Assembly (NCBI GenBank): GCA_964440275.1
Contig: CAYTRR010000012.1
Location: 8,146-72,145 of the forward strand
From: an uncultured Spirochaetales bacterium
GTDB lineage: Bacteria > Desulfobacterota_D > UBA1144
DNA: 64,000 nt
Reading direction: 5' to 3'
This document shows positions 1-11,473 of the stretch, one piece after another. The notes under the pieces were generated by a model that saw only the letters and a list, made by a program, of their open reading frames with translations, was not told where the DNA came from and did no database searches. Position 1 is the stretch's first letter; every line of letters starts with the position of its first letter. Both the position numbers and the translations under genes were made by a program.

Positions 1-946
1 TAACATAATCAGCAGCAACAATTGGTGAAACTTCGCCAGTTAAAGGTGACAAGTATTTTAAATTTGTTAATTCATTTCCATTTATTTTTTTAAAAAGAAT
101 AAATTTTTTACCAAGTTTCTCCTCTAATTTTTGTGATAGACTTTCTTCGATAATTACATAGTTGTTGTCGGTCTTGTATATTCCATATTCGAAAGATTTG
201 TTAATTGCGACTGCTTTATTAGCAGGAAGTGTCCATGGGGTAGTTGTCCAAACAATCAAAAACAATGATTCTTGGAAGTCTCCTAAGAAATCAATAGAAT
301 TTTCGATTTTGAACTTAACATAAACACTTTTTGAAATATGATTATCCGGGTACTCTAGCTCAGCTTCTGCAAGTGCTGTTCTAGAACTTGGGCTCCAATT
401 TACTGGCTTTAATCCTCTGTAAATATAACCTTTCGAATACATGTTCCAAAAAACATCAATTTGGTTAGTCTCAAATTCAGGGTTAATGGTAAGATAAGGT
501 TTGTCCCAATCAGCAAAAATACCTAGTCTTTTAAATTCTTCTTTTTGTATGGAGACAAAAGATAGAGCAAATTCTTCGCATAAGTCTCTAATCTTTGATT
601 TGGAAATATTTTTATCTTTAATCTTTTTTGAAACCTGGTGTTCGATAGGTAAGCCATGGCAATCCCAACCAGGTATATAATCAATCCCTTTTCCAATTAT
701 TGAATTATATTTTATGATAATGTCTTTTAAGATTTTATTAAGACAATGTCCTATATGAATTTTCCCATTAGCAAAAGGTGGCCCATCATGCAGAACAAAA
801 CTTTCTCTGCTTTTATCTTTGATAGAATGATAAATATTCTTTTGCTTCCAAAATTCTAAAATTGAAGGTTCATTTTGAGCTAAATTTGCTCTCATTGGAA
901 ATTCAGTCTTAGGTAAATTTAAAGTTTCGTTGTAATCTTTGCTCAA
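1..946 (-). CDS. ileS: Isoleucyl-tRNA synthetase, N-terminal part (gene runs off the window start); TTG start at 946
   Basis: Reverse-complement translation gives LSKDYNETLNLPKTEFPMRANLAQNEPSILEFWKQKNIYHSI...HDGPPFANGKIHIGHCLNKILKD...WTTTPWTLPANKAV. The HIGH motif and WTTTPWTLPAN are hallmarks of IleRS. It is not in the ORF track because it is partial. Confidence 0.85.
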   Translation of the reverse strand, partial: MSKDYNETLNLPKTEFPMRANLAQNEPSILEFWKQKNIYHSIKDKSRESFVLHDGPPFANGKIHIGHCLNKILKDIIIKYNSIIGKGIDYIPGWDCHGLPIEHQVSKKIKDKNISKSKIRDLCEEFALSFVSIQKEEFKRLGIFADWDKPYLTINPEFETNQIDVFWNMYSKGYIYRGLKPVNWSPSSRTALAEAELEYPDNHISKSVYVKFKIENSIDFLGDFQESLFLIVWTTTPWTLPANKAVAINKSFEYGIYKTDNNYVIIEESLSQKLEEKLGKKFILFKKINGNELTNLKYLSPLTGEVSPIVAADYV

Positions 947-1294
947 TTAAATACCTTTAATAATTTTTTCGATATTGTCATAAATCTTTCTTGAAAAAAC
1001 AACCCACTGATCCCACATTTCAATATTATACTTATTGCCCTTTACTGTCTTTACAATCTTTAAACCGTATTCTTCTTTAGATAATTCTATATCTTCTTCT
1101 TTTTCAACTATAGAATTAAAAACGGAGCTCAACTTGTGTAAGATGCGTACATTCTTTTCTTCTCCATCTCTAATTTCTGTAATTAATAACCTTACTGGGA
1201 CAGACTTAGTGCCTGCACTTGTTCTCATCATTGAAGAGCCTTGACCCCATCCCGTTTGTAACCTGGGTGTCTCAGCCCATAGTTTCATTTCCAT
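947..1294 (-). CDS. Hypothetical protein (115 aa) immediately upstream of ileS
   Basis: ORF abuts the ileS start with no gap. I recognise no family. It sits where ribF often lies. Confidence 0.4.
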   Translation of the reverse strand: MEMKLWAETPRLQTGWGQGSSMMRTSAGTKSVPVRLLITEIRDGEEKNVRILHKLSSVFNSIVEKEEDIELSKEEYGLKIVKTVKGNKYNIEMWDQWVVFSRKIYDNIEKIIKGI

Positions 1295-1315
1295 ATTAGA
1301 TATATAACATCTATT

Positions 1316-2773
1316 ATGTTCAAATTTATCAAAAAGTCATTAGATTTAGATTTAATTAAAATGTACGATATTCATATGGATGATTTTGATATTGTCGTTA
1401 TTGGTGGTGGTCCAGGTGGTTATGTTGCAGCAATTGAGTCAGCGAGATTGGGTTTTAATACTGCACTAATTGAAAAAGACACTTTAGGAGGAACTTGTTT
1501 AAACAGAGGATGTATACCTTCGAAATCACTATTAAAATCTGCTGAAATTGCAGACGAACTTTTAAACAAATCAAAAAAAAGAGGCTTTAATTTTGATAAT
1601 CTAACCTTTGACTATAAAAAAATTGTTCAGCACAGCAAAACAACTGTTAGAAGACTTAAAAGTGGCTTAAATACTTTGCTTTCAAATAAAGATATTTCCA
1701 TCCTCGAAGGGCACGCAAAATTTAAGGATTCAAACACTTTAGAAATAGAATCTAGCGATTCCACTACTTCATTAGTCTCTGCTAAACAAATTATTATTTC
1801 TACTGGATCTACTCCTTATTTCCCCGAAGATTTGAAACCAGATGGCGAATTAATTGTTGACAGCGACTATGTTTTAAACTCAGACACTCTCCCAAACAAA
1901 ATATGCATAATTGGTGGCGGATATATTGGAATTGAATTTGCGTACTTCTATTCAAGCTTTGGTATAGAAGTTTCAATTGTTGAAAGTGAGAAAAGTATTT
2001 TATCTTCTTTGGATTCTGAAATCTCTATTGAGCTTAAAAAGTCCTACGAAAAAAGGGGTATAAAGATTTTTGAATCTTCTGCTGTTAAAGAAATAATAAA
2101 TCAAGATTCTATGGCAAACATTATTTTGTCAAATGAAGAATCAGATATTATTGAAAATGTAAATAAAGTATTAGTATCAACTGGTAGAATTCCAAATACT
2201 TCTGGCCTTAATCTTAAATCAGCTGGTGTCAAAACAGATAAATTTGGATTCATAAAAGTTGATAATAATTTTAGAACTAACATAGATAACATATTTGCTA
2301 TAGGAGATGTTATTGGAGGTTTGATGCTTGCTCACAAAGCTAGCGAAGAAGGGTTTTTGTTAATAAATGAAGTTATAAACGTCAATAAAGATTTGTCAGA
2401 CAAACCGTTAGTTGTTCCTGCATGCATTTATTGTCAACCAGAAATATCTTACATTGGGATTACTGAAGATTTAGCAAAAACAAAAAAAATACCTTATAAG
2501 GTTGCAAAGTATCCTTTTAAAGCTAACGGTAAATCTTTAGCTGGAGACGACACTCTAGGGTTTTGCAAAATACTGGCAGACAAAAATGACAAAATATTAG
2601 GCGCTCATATAATTGGAAAAGGTGCAACAGAAATGATTTCCGAAATTTCTTTAATTATGAGCAACAATCTTAGCTTAAAATCTATAACTAATACTATTCA
2701 TCCACACCCAACTTTATCCGAAATAATTTTTGAAAGTACTCATATCTTGAATAAAACACCGAGGAATTACTAA
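1316..2773 (+). CDS. lpdA: Dihydrolipoyl dehydrogenase (E3); true start probably downstream (Met at ~1361 or ~1376)
   Basis: FAD motif DIVVIGGGPGGY; redox disulfide GGTCLNRGCIPSK; C-terminal HPHPTLSE interface motif. Confidence 0.85.
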   Translation: MFKFIKKSLDLDLIKMYDIHMDDFDIVVIGGGPGGYVAAIESARLGFNTALIEKDTLGGTCLNRGCIPSKSLLKSAEIADELLNKSKKRGFNFDNLTFDYKKIVQHSKTTVRRLKSGLNTLLSNKDISILEGHAKFKDSNTLEIESSDSTTSLVSAKQIIISTGSTPYFPEDLKPDGELIVDSDYVLNSDTLPNKICIIGGGYIGIEFAYFYSSFGIEVSIVESEKSILSSLDSEISIELKKSYEKRGIKIFESSAVKEIINQDSMANIILSNEESDIIENVNKVLVSTGRIPNTSGLNLKSAGVKTDKFGFIKVDNNFRTNIDNIFAIGDVIGGLMLAHKASEEGFLLINEVINVNKDLSDKPLVVPACIYCQPEISYIGITEDLAKTKKIPYKVAKYPFKANGKSLAGDDTLGFCKILADKNDKILGAHIIGKGATEMISEISLIMSNNLSLKSITNTIHPHPTLSEIIFESTHILNKTPRNY

Positions 2774-2774
2774 C

Positions 2775-3893
2775 ATGATTAATAAAAAAAGACTGTTATC
2801 TACATTTATTGATTTAGTTAAGATTGACAGTGAATCTCATAATGAAAAATATGTTGCTGAATATATAAAAAAGAAGCTAAAAAAACTAAAGATAAAATTT
2901 GTAATAGATAATTCTCAAATAAAAACTAAATCAAATCATGGCAATATTATTGCGAAGATAAAAAGCGACCCTTCCCTTCCAACAATTGTTTTGTCCTCAC
3001 ATATGGATACCGTTGTACCAGGAAACGGCATAAAGCCTCTAGTTAAAAAGAATCATGTTGTTAGCAGTGGTGACACTATTTTAGGTGCTGATGATAAAAG
3101 TGGTCTAGCGATAATTTTAGAGATTCTGGAAGTTTTTAGTTCAAAAAAATATAAACATCTCAATATCGAAGCAGCTATTACAACATGTGAAGAAATTGGT
3201 CTACTAGGAGCTAAGTATCTAGACTACAAATTGTTAAAGTCTAAAGAAGGAATAGTGCTAGACAGTACAAGCCCAGAAAGATTAGTAACAAAAGGACCTG
3301 CCTCTGATTTCTTTACAATTGAAGTTTTTGGAATCGAAGCTCACTCCGGTGTAAATCCTGAATTAGGTTTAAGCTCAATCAAAATAGCATCTGAAATAAT
3401 ATCAAAAATACAAACTGGGAGAATTAATAAAAATACAACGATTAACATTGGAAAAATTAGTGGAGGGACTGCAATTAATATAATCCCTGGGAAAACTACT
3501 ATATCATGTGAAATTCGTGGTCATAGTGAAAGAATAATCTCTAATCAACTTAAAAAAATACAAAAACTTCTTGATAGAACTCAGAAGCAGTACAAAAAAA
3601 CAAACAAAAAATTCCACATCAAATTCAAGAAACATAGAATTTACGATTCGATCAACATAAGTAAGAACTCATTATTAGTTAAGAGGATACTGAAATCATG
3701 CAAAGAGTCAGGATATAAAATAAATATAGTTGAAACTGGTGGTGGGGCAGATGCTAATTTCTTTGTAAAAAACGGAATCAATACAGTTAATCTAGGAACC
3801 GGGATGAGAGAGTTTCATACCAAAAATGAGAAATTAATATTGAAAGAATTCTACCAGTCTGCGGATATAGTATTCAAAAGTCTATTAGAGTGA
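2775..3893 (+). CDS. M20 family metallopeptidase (peptidase T-like)
   Basis: SSHMDTV and GADDKSG metal-binding motifs; ~370 aa like PepT; start 2 nt after the lpdA stop. Confidence 0.75.
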   Translation: MINKKRLLSTFIDLVKIDSESHNEKYVAEYIKKKLKKLKIKFVIDNSQIKTKSNHGNIIAKIKSDPSLPTIVLSSHMDTVVPGNGIKPLVKKNHVVSSGDTILGADDKSGLAIILEILEVFSSKKYKHLNIEAAITTCEEIGLLGAKYLDYKLLKSKEGIVLDSTSPERLVTKGPASDFFTIEVFGIEAHSGVNPELGLSSIKIASEIISKIQTGRINKNTTINIGKISGGTAINIIPGKTTISCEIRGHSERIISNQLKKIQKLLDRTQKQYKKTNKKFHIKFKKHRIYDSINISKNSLLVKRILKSCKESGYKINIVETGGGADANFFVKNGINTVNLGTGMREFHTKNEKLILKEFYQSADIVFKSLLE

Positions 3894-4553
3894 ATCTATT
3901 AATTCTTCATTTATTTCTAGATAATCGCTAACAATCTTGTCGGCTTCTGAGAGTCGAGAGCTTTCAACTGCATTGGTTATACCTATTGTTTTCATTTGTG
4001 CCAACTTTGCTGCCGTTACTCCCTTCGGAGTATCTTCTATGACAACAACCTCTTCTGGATTGATTTGTTCTGAATTGTTGACATCTTCAAGTACTTTTAT
4101 GTAAGTTTCTGGATTAGGCTTTGGATAAGAAGTTTCATTTGCAGAAATAATTACTTCGAAATGATTTGCAATGTTTTCTTTTTTCAATATTCTCAAAATT
4201 TCGTCTCTTCTGGCGCCAGATCCAATAGCCAAAATATACTTTTTTGATAATTTATAAATTAAATCCAATACGCCTGGGTAGATCCTTGTTTGTTCTTCGT
4301 GATTACTATCGAAGTATTTATGTTTTTCTTCTATCAATTTATCAATTAAATTCTTATCGAAATCGACTCCCTCTTTCTTCAAGAGGGATGTAAAAACACC
4401 ATTGTCATCAAATGAGCAATAGTCTTTATAGTAGATATCTCGACTTATTTCTTTTTTTAAAGGAATTAGTGCATGATTGAAACCTTTAAGATGTAAAGAT
4501 TCAGAATCATAAATTACACCATCAAAATCAAATATTATTAATTTTTTGGTCAT
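3885..4553 (-). CDS. HAD-IA hydrolase (beta-phosphoglucomutase/phosphatase-like)
   Basis: N-terminal IIFDFDGVIYDSE (DxDxV motif I); 222 aa. Confidence 0.7.
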   Translation of the reverse strand: MTKKLIIFDFDGVIYDSESLHLKGFNHALIPLKKEISRDIYYKDYCSFDDNGVFTSLLKKEGVDFDKNLIDKLIEEKHKYFDSNHEEQTRIYPGVLDLIYKLSKKYILAIGSGARRDEILRILKKENIANHFEVIISANETSYPKPNPETYIKVLEDVNNSEQINPEEVVVIEDTPKGVTAAKLAQMKTIGITNAVESSRLSEADKIVSDYLEINEELIDSL

Positions 4554-4644
4554 TAATATGATTTAATCATATAACGTTTATTGTCAGTAATCAAAATATT
4601 TAATAAACTTTTAATGATTATAAATTCATAATATACTATGAATC

Positions 4645-5625
4645 ATGTTTGTTAGAGGAAGAAGATTGAGAAAAAATGAAAAAATAAGAAATTTAGTTGA
4701 AGAAACGGTTATAAATGTAAACGACCTCATACTTCCTCTTTTTATTATAGAAGGTGAGAATAAAATTGAAGATATACAGTCTATGCCAGGAGTCCAAAGA
4801 AAAACTCTTGATTATCATCTTAAAGACATTAAACAAGCAATAAGTTTAGGCATTAATGCGGTAATACTCTTTCCAGTAGTACCAAATAAGAAAAAAAACA
4901 AAAAAGCCACTGAAGCATTAAATAAGAAGGGTCTACTGCCCATATCGATTAAAAAAATAAAAAAGAATTTTCCTGATTTAATTGTTATATCTGACGTTGC
5001 TTTAGATCCCTACAATTCAGATGGTCATGATGGAATACTAGAAAAAGGTGAAATCCTTAACGACAAGACCGTTGATATCCTATGCAAACAAGCTCTCATT
5101 CACTGTGAGGCTGGTGTCGATATAGTTGCTCCATCTGATATGATGGATGGTCGAGTGTTTGAGATAAGGAACAAGCTTAATTCCAAGGGATATGAATACA
5201 TTTCAATAATGTCTTATGCTGCTAAATTTTCATCCTCTTTATATGGACCTTTCAGGGATGCTTTAAATTCTGCTCCAAAAAAAGGTGACAAGAAAACTTA
5301 TCAAATTAATCCAGCTAATTTCAACGAATCGATAAAAGAAGTATTAAATGATCAAAACGAAGGCGCTGATATGTTAATTATAAAGCCAGCTAGTTTCTAT
5401 TTAGATATTATCAGAGAAGCTAAAAATCTCTGTTTTTTACCTATAGTTGGCTATCAGGTAAGTGGCGAGTATTCTATGATAAAAAGTGCTGGCGATAGTG
5501 GATATATAGATTTAAACCAAGTCATGCATGAATCTCTCTTGTCAATAAAGAGAGCAGGTGCAGATATGATAATTACTTATTTTGCGTTGGAATATGCAAG
5601 ATTGTTAAAAAAAGATAAATCTTAA
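4645..5625 (+). CDS. hemB: Porphobilinogen synthase (delta-aminolevulinate dehydratase)
   Basis: N-terminal RGRRLRKNEKIRNLVEET...LPLFIIEGEN and overall HemB length and layout. Confidence 0.9.
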   Translation: MFVRGRRLRKNEKIRNLVEETVINVNDLILPLFIIEGENKIEDIQSMPGVQRKTLDYHLKDIKQAISLGINAVILFPVVPNKKKNKKATEALNKKGLLPISIKKIKKNFPDLIVISDVALDPYNSDGHDGILEKGEILNDKTVDILCKQALIHCEAGVDIVAPSDMMDGRVFEIRNKLNSKGYEYISIMSYAAKFSSSLYGPFRDALNSAPKKGDKKTYQINPANFNESIKEVLNDQNEGADMLIIKPASFYLDIIREAKNLCFLPIVGYQVSGEYSMIKSAGDSGYIDLNQVMHESLLSIKRAGADMIITYFALEYARLLKKDKS

Positions 5626-5683
5626 AAACTTGTAGTAGTGTTTGCGGTATAAAGGAAAAATTGAATCAAAAATTTTTACGAGA

Positions 5684-6127
5684 TTAATTTTGAAGATAAT
5701 CTTTGTAATTAAGTATAAAAACTCCTGCGACAATTAGAATTGTTCCTATTATTTTTTCTGTAGTAAAATCTTCTTTTAAAAAAATAAAAGCATAAAAACA
5801 CGTAAACAAGGGATAGATTGCTGTCAGAGGTACAATCTTAGAGGCAGAAGAATCAGCAAGAGCGTTAAAGTATAAATAGATTCCAATTACTGCTAAGATT
5901 CCCGGTATTAAAATCAACATTAAATTTTTTAAAGTTAACTGATCTAGATTTAATGCTTGGTTAGAAGTAATAAAAATTGGCACAAACAAAGAAGTTACAA
6001 GTACAAATCTAATAAAGAGAACGTAGAGAGGTGACATTGAGTGTAAACTTAATTTTTCGAATATCGGCGCTAACCCCCAAATTGCCGCTACCAAAAGAGC
6101 TAAAAGGTTTGGATTAATGTTCATCAA
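5684..6127 (-). CDS. Small EamA/DMT-family membrane protein (single 4-TM domain)
   Basis: 147 aa, hydrophobic, EamA-like pattern; overlaps the next gene's start. Confidence 0.55.
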   Translation of the reverse strand: MMNINPNLLALLVAAIWGLAPIFEKLSLHSMSPLYVLFIRFVLVTSLFVPIFITSNQALNLDQLTLKNLMLILIPGILAVIGIYLYFNALADSSASKIVPLTAIYPLFTCFYAFIFLKEDFTTEKIIGTILIVAGVFILNYKDYLQN

Positions 6128-6821
6128 GATACCCCATTATGTTATTTAAAGAATTTATTGTTGTTGCTTCTAAATTATTATTTAATTTATTATCTCTTAC
6201 AATCAATAAAGGCTTCATCCCAATTTCTAGACTTGGAAGGTAATCCAAATTGTAATTATCGCCCACATGCATAGATTCTTCTGGACTAGCATTTACTTTT
6301 TGAAGAGATCTATAAAATATTTCTTTATTAGGTTTGGAAAAACCAGACTCTGAAGAAATTGTAAAATGGTCTATATTCTCTGTGATACTTAATTTATCAC
6401 AAACTTTATATATTCTGGAATCAAAATTTGATGTAATTATAATTTTATATCCTTTCTTTTTTAAGTTTTTTAAAGCGGGTAATGTATCAGGATATATCTC
6501 CCATGCATCGCACGAAAAATAATCATACAACTCATCAAAATACTCATCAAAGCTTTTAAACATCCCTAACTCAATGAAAATGTCTTTTACCAAAAAGTAC
6601 CACCAGTCTTTTTCTGCTTTGATTAAATTATCTCCAGTTAATGAATCAAAATGAAGACCTTTCTTGGCATTAAAATGCTTCTTAAATACTTTAGATATTT
6701 CAGTTGATTTATATTCATTTGTATACTTTTTCAATATTTTTAAATAAGCTTCTCCTAATCCTTCTTTAATAAAGAACAGGGTATCAGCAGCATCAAAAGA
6801 GATCGTATTGTATTTAATCAT
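6114..6821 (-). CDS. HAD-superfamily hydrolase-like protein
   Basis: N-terminal [10 protein letters not shown] motif; 235 aa; ends 4 nt inside metH (operon coupling). Confidence 0.5.
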   Translation of the reverse strand: MIKYNTISFDAADTLFFIKEGLGEAYLKILKKYTNEYKSTEISKVFKKHFNAKKGLHFDSLTGDNLIKAEKDWWYFLVKDIFIELGMFKSFDEYFDELYDYFSCDAWEIYPDTLPALKNLKKKGYKIIITSNFDSRIYKVCDKLSITENIDHFTISSESGFSKPNKEIFYRSLQKVNASPEESMHVGDNYNLDYLPSLEIGMKPLLIVRDNKLNNNLEATTINSLNNIMGYLDEH

Positions 6822-9800
6822 TCAACTAGATTGCCTTGCAATAAACTTTTTAACTTATCTTTTGAGTAATTTTTAGTCTCGCAGTATAAATTAAATTGCT
6901 CTAGGTTTATTTTACCTAAATTAAAATATTTAGAGTCAGGATGAAAGAAATAAAGTCCACATATTGATGATGGTGGATTAAGAGCAAAATTCTCAGTTAA
7001 CGATACACCGATATTTTTTTCAACATCTAAAAGGTTCCATACCTTTGTTTTTTCAGAATGATCAGGGCATGATGGGTAACCATGAGCAGGTCTACTACCT
7101 TTGTATTTTTCTTTAATTAGTTGTTCTATCGACAATTGTGTTTTATCTCCATTCTTAACTCTTATTTCTTTATGTAAGTATTCAGCAGATGCTTCAGCAA
7201 TCCTATCAGCAAGAGCTTTTATCATTATTGTTCTATACTCATCGCCTTTTTTATTAAATTTTTCTGCATATTCTTCAACTTCATATCCTGAAGAAACGAC
7301 AAAAGCTCCCAAAATATCTTTATCAGATTGATTTTGTGAAATAAAGTCAGAAAGTGAATAGTAATTTTCTTCTGTAGCCTCTTTCTTAACTTGCTGTCTT
7401 AGAAAGTAAAATGTTTCTAACTTATTTGAAAAACCTTTGTCGTAAATTTCTATACTCTCATCTATACTTAATGCATTCCAAATCTGAGAGATACCTCTTG
7501 GTTTGCAAGCATTCTCTGCAAGTATAGTTTTCAACATAATTTGCGCATCGTTAAAGAGACTTTGAGCTTGATCTCCATATTTCTTGTTAGAGAATATTTT
7601 AGGATAAACACCCTTTAGTCCCCACACCCAAAAAAAAGGTGACCAATCAAAAAAATCTACAATTTCCTTCAAATCAAAGTTCCATATATTTAAATTAAAA
7701 TCTTCCATCTTATTGTCGATTAATGAAAAATCCGTTTTAAATCTATTCTTTCTAGCTTCTTCAAGTGATACGAATTTTATATTTTTGTCCTTTTTGTATT
7801 TTTTTGCATAATCTTTTTGTTCTTTAATTAAATCTTTTTTATATTTTTTAGATTTTTCTTTATTTAATAACTCTCTACAAACTCCTACTACTAATGAAGC
7901 GTCAGCAACATGAGATACAACATCACTTTTATATTCTGGGGCTATTTTAATAGAAGTATGTGCTTTGCTTGTTGTAGCTCCACCAATCAAAACTGGTACT
8001 TTAAGATTAGCTTTATCAAATTCACGGACGTTGGATATCATTTCTTCTAAAGAAGGAGTTATCAATCCACTTAATCCTATGATGTCTGGTTTAAGTTCCT
8101 TAACCTTTTCCATGATTTTACTACAAGGAACCATCACTCCTAAATCAAATACTTCATACCCATTACATTTAGCAACAACTGAAACAATATTTTTACCTAT
8201 ATCATGAACATCGCCCTTGACTGTTGCTATAAGAATTCTGCCTGCTGAAGATCCTGTACTTTTTTCTTTCTCCATAAAAGGCTCTAAATAATTAACGGCT
8301 TTTTTCATTACACGAGCACTTTTTACTACTTGAGGGAGAAACATTTTGCCTTCTCCGAAAAGTTCCCCAACAACTTTCATGCCGTCCATCAAAGGCCCTT
8401 CAATTACATCTAGCGGAGAATCATATTTTTTTCTCGCTATCTCTGCATCTTCTTCTATTTGAGTTGCAATGCCTTTAATTATTTGATGCGATATTCGATC
8501 TTCTAACCCCAATCTTTTCCATTCGTCTTGATCCTTCTGTGTTTCGTTTGAAGAAACAATCTTATTTGCAAAATCTATAAGGGTATCGGTTGCGTTTTCC
8601 TTTCTATCGAATATTACATCTTCAATTTTATCTAATATGTTTTTGTCTATATCTTCATAAATTTCAAGCATACCTGCATTAATAATGGCCATGTCTAGTC
8701 CATTGTTAATTGCGTGGTACAAAAAAGATGAATGCATTATTTCTCTTACACGATTATTTCCTCTGAATGCAAATGAAAGATTACTAATACCTCCACTAGT
8801 TAACGAACCTTTGCACAAAGTTTTTATTTTTTTTATTGCTTCTAGAAAATTAATTCCATATTTTTTATGTTCGTCAATTCCAGTAGCAACTGTAAGGATA
8901 TTTGAGTCAAAAATAATGTCTTCTGGGTTAAAACCAACTTGATTAACAAGTATATCGTAAGCTCTTTTGCAAATTCTTACTTTGTCATCTATTTCTGTTG
9001 CTTGGCCATTTTCATCAAAAGCCATAACTACAACCGACGCACCATAATTTAGAATCTTTTCTGCTTGACTAACAAAGAGCTCTTCTCCTTCTTTCAAGCT
9101 TATTGAGTTTACAATTCCCCTACCCTGTATGCATTTCAAGCCGGCTTCAATAACAGACCATTTTGAGCTATCAATCATTATAGGGACTTTTGCTATGTCC
9201 GGATCTGATGCTATCAAATTTAGAAATCTTGTCATGCATTCTTCGCTATTCAACATTCCTTCGTCGAAATTTACATCTATAATATGAGCACCATTTTCAA
9301 CTTGTTGTTTTGCTACTTCTAAAGCTTCTTCATAATTTTCTTCTTTAATTAATCTGGCAAATTTCGGAGACCCGGTAACATTTGTTCTTTCTCCAATAAT
9401 TAAAAAAGTATTTGTTTCATCTTTAGTTAAATGTTCAAGTCCACTATAAGATGATTGTTTCAAAGTTGTTATATTTGTTCTAGGTTTATTATTTTCAATG
9501 ACATTTTTGATTGCTGCTATATGTTCAGGTGTTGTACCACAACATCCCCCTACAAAGTTGAGTATTTTAGAATCAACATATTTCTTTATTTCATTTGCTG
9601 TAATTTCTGGAGTTTGATCATACCCAGTATCTGATAAAGGATTAGGTAAGCCAGCATTTGGATAACAAAATGTTTTACAATTTGAAATTGTTGAAAGCGT
9701 AAATGCGTAGTCATATAAGGATTCAGCTCCAAGACCACAATTCATGCCTACAGCATAAGGATTTGCATGTCTTACAGATTCCCAAAAAGCATTTATTGTT

Positions 9801-10495
9801 TGTCCAGACAATGTCCTGCCAGATTTATCTGAAAATGTGACTGAAAGAAAAACTGGTAGAGATAAATTTGAATCAGTAAATAATTTTTTAAGAGCAAAAA
9901 TTGAAGCCTTAAGGTTAAGAGTATCAAAGGTAGTTTCAGGTAAAAATATATCAACACCAGCTTCTAGCAAATATTTTGCTTGTTCGTAATAACTTTCAGT
10001 CAATTCATCAAAAGTAACATTTCTTTTCCCTGGGTCTTCTACATCTGGCGAAATCGAGGCTGTTCTATTTGTAGGGCCTAAAGCACCAGCAATTAAAATT
10101 TTCTTACCACCTAATTCAATAGAGCATTCATTTATTGCCTTTTGCGCAGCTTCTACAGCCTTTATATTTATTTCTTTAACGTAAGCTTCTAATTTGTAAT
10201 CTGATTGCGCTATGCTTGTACCATTAAAAGTATTAGTTTCTAAGATATCAGAACCGGCTAGTAGATATTTTTTATGAATGTCTTTTATCGCTTCATTGTT
10301 TGTTATATTCAAAACATCGTTGTTTCCCTTGAGGTCGACATCGTGTTTTGCTAAAACTTGTCCTCTATAATCTTTTTCTTCAAATTTGTATTTTTGAATC
10401 ATCGTGCCCATAGCACCATCCATTAACAAAATTCTTTTGGATGACTCTTCATCTAAAAAATTAAAAATATCACTTTTTTTATTTTTACCACTCAT
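6818..10495 (-). CDS. metH: Cobalamin-dependent methionine synthase, full length 1225 aa
   Basis: Homocysteine-binding, pterin-binding, B12-binding ([10 protein letters not shown]) and AdoMet reactivation domains are all recognisable; size matches E. coli MetH. Confidence 0.95.
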   Translation of the reverse strand: MSGKNKKSDIFNFLDEESSKRILLMDGAMGTMIQKYKFEEKDYRGQVLAKHDVDLKGNNDVLNITNNEAIKDIHKKYLLAGSDILETNTFNGTSIAQSDYKLEAYVKEINIKAVEAAQKAINECSIELGGKKILIAGALGPTNRTASISPDVEDPGKRNVTFDELTESYYEQAKYLLEAGVDIFLPETTFDTLNLKASIFALKKLFTDSNLSLPVFLSVTFSDKSGRTLSGQTINAFWESVRHANPYAVGMNCGLGAESLYDYAFTLSTISNCKTFCYPNAGLPNPLSDTGYDQTPEITANEIKKYVDSKILNFVGGCCGTTPEHIAAIKNVIENNKPRTNITTLKQSSYSGLEHLTKDETNTFLIIGERTNVTGSPKFARLIKEENYEEALEVAKQQVENGAHIIDVNFDEGMLNSEECMTRFLNLIASDPDIAKVPIMIDSSKWSVIEAGLKCIQGRGIVNSISLKEGEELFVSQAEKILNYGASVVVMAFDENGQATEIDDKVRICKRAYDILVNQVGFNPEDIIFDSNILTVATGIDEHKKYGINFLEAIKKIKTLCKGSLTSGGISNLSFAFRGNNRVREIMHSSFLYHAINNGLDMAIINAGMLEIYEDIDKNILDKIEDVIFDRKENATDTLIDFANKIVSSNETQKDQDEWKRLGLEDRISHQIIKGIATQIEEDAEIARKKYDSPLDVIEGPLMDGMKVVGELFGEGKMFLPQVVKSARVMKKAVNYLEPFMEKEKSTGSSAGRILIATVKGDVHDIGKNIVSVVAKCNGYEVFDLGVMVPCSKIMEKVKELKPDIIGLSGLITPSLEEMISNVREFDKANLKVPVLIGGATTSKAHTSIKIAPEYKSDVVSHVADASLVVGVCRELLNKEKSKKYKKDLIKEQKDYAKKYKKDKNIKFVSLEEARKNRFKTDFSLIDNKMEDFNLNIWNFDLKEIVDFFDWSPFFWVWGLKGVYPKIFSNKKYGDQAQSLFNDAQIMLKTILAENACKPRGISQIWNALSIDESIEIYDKGFSNKLETFYFLRQQVKKEATEENYYSLSDFISQNQSDKDILGAFVVSSGYEVEEYAEKFNKKGDEYRTIMIKALADRIAEASAEYLHKEIRVKNGDKTQLSIEQLIKEKYKGSRPAHGYPSCPDHSEKTKVWNLLDVEKNIGVSLTENFALNPPSSICGLYFFHPDSKYFNLGKINLEQFNLYCETKNYSKDKLKSLLQGNLVE

Positions 10496-11291
10496 CTCTT
10501 AACACTCTCAACAATTTAAATCTTGTGATTATATCTTCTTTGGTAAACAAGTTTTCGTCTTTTAGGTAATCTAAAAAAGAAAGTTCGTCAATTCTTAAAA
10601 AGGGGTTATGTTTTTTCTCAAAACCTAAATCTTGAATTGGAGATAAGACCTTTTCGTCATATTCTTTTTTAAAATCGACTAATTCAGAAGCAATTTCATT
10701 TGAATCTTTATATATAGATTCAAGAAAAAGAATATTATTATAAAAGTAATCATGACCGCATAGTATTTTAAAATTATCTGGCAACATTTTTAACTTATGA
10801 AATATTGTTCTGTATAACATAGTCACATCACCTCTGAACTTTGTGTTTCCTACTCCACAGTTAAAAATGGTATCTCCACATAAAAGATAGGTATCGAACA
10901 TCAAGGAAATATGTTCTGGGCAATGGCCAGGTGTATGCAAGACCTTTATATTAAAATCACCTAGTTTTATTAAATCGTTCTCAAAAATATTATCAAATTT
11001 AAATTCAAATAGCTCCTTACAAGAATCATGAGCAAGTAATTTTAAATTATATTTATCTAAAAAAAAAGGATTTTCTTTAATGTGGTCAGGATGAGCGTGC
11101 GTATTGACTATATATTTTGGAACTAAATTTTCTTTCTCAATTATTTCTTCGATTATCTCTCTATCTAAGGGATCAACAATAATAGATTCTTTGTTGTTCT
11201 TAGACGAAAGTATGTAATTAATATTTCTATCGCTGTTTGGCACCAAAAATCTATAAATTACACATGTATCGCTAGGAATCCTTTCATACAT
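10485..11291 (-). CDS. Metallo-beta-lactamase fold hydrolase, hydroxyacylglutathione hydrolase (GloB)-like
   Basis: THAHPDH (HxHxDH) and HTPGHCPEH motifs; overlaps the metH start by 11 nt. Confidence 0.7.
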   Translation of the reverse strand: MYERIPSDTCVIYRFLVPNSDRNINYILSSKNNKESIIVDPLDREIIEEIIEKENLVPKYIVNTHAHPDHIKENPFFLDKYNLKLLAHDSCKELFEFKFDNIFENDLIKLGDFNIKVLHTPGHCPEHISLMFDTYLLCGDTIFNCGVGNTKFRGDVTMLYRTIFHKLKMLPDNFKILCGHDYFYNNILFLESIYKDSNEIASELVDFKKEYDEKVLSPIQDLGFEKKHNPFLRIDELSFLDYLKDENLFTKEDIITRFKLLRVLRDEW

Positions 11292-11473
11292 TTTTTTATT
11301 ATACCCTCTTAAAAATGATGAATAATTGTTTTTTTTAATTTTAATATTATAATAATTCGGTCGTCATTTAACTCTAATTGCAGCGACTTTAAAGAACTGC
11401 TAAACGGAGAAAGGGTATTATCTTTACCTTTCCTCTTTGAGTTACAAATATTGTTATAAACGAGAGGAATATC
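11292..11473 (+). promoter_or_regulatory. Unusually long (182 bp) leader/promoter region upstream of thrC with two predicted stem-loops (GCAG..CTGC at ~11380-11400; GAAAGGGTA..TACCTTTC at ~11410-11436) and a GAGAGGAA RBS
   Basis: Read from sequence. No leader peptide ORF with a canonical start codon. This is the longest non-coding stretch in the window. Confidence 0.3.

Noticed and set aside
1035-1244. 69-aa plus-strand ORF
   Set aside because: Lies antisense inside the 115-aa minus-strand gene; low-complexity; no RBS.
5655-5674. AAAAATT-N6-AATTTTT palindrome between convergent hemB and the EamA gene
   Set aside because: Stem is all A:T and short; too weak to call a terminator with confidence.
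11314-11459. Possible leader peptide or attenuator ORF upstream of thrC
   Set aside because: The only long frame has no ATG/GTG/TTG start. ATGATGAATAATTGT... terminates after 7 codons. So classical Thr-leader attenuation is not supported.
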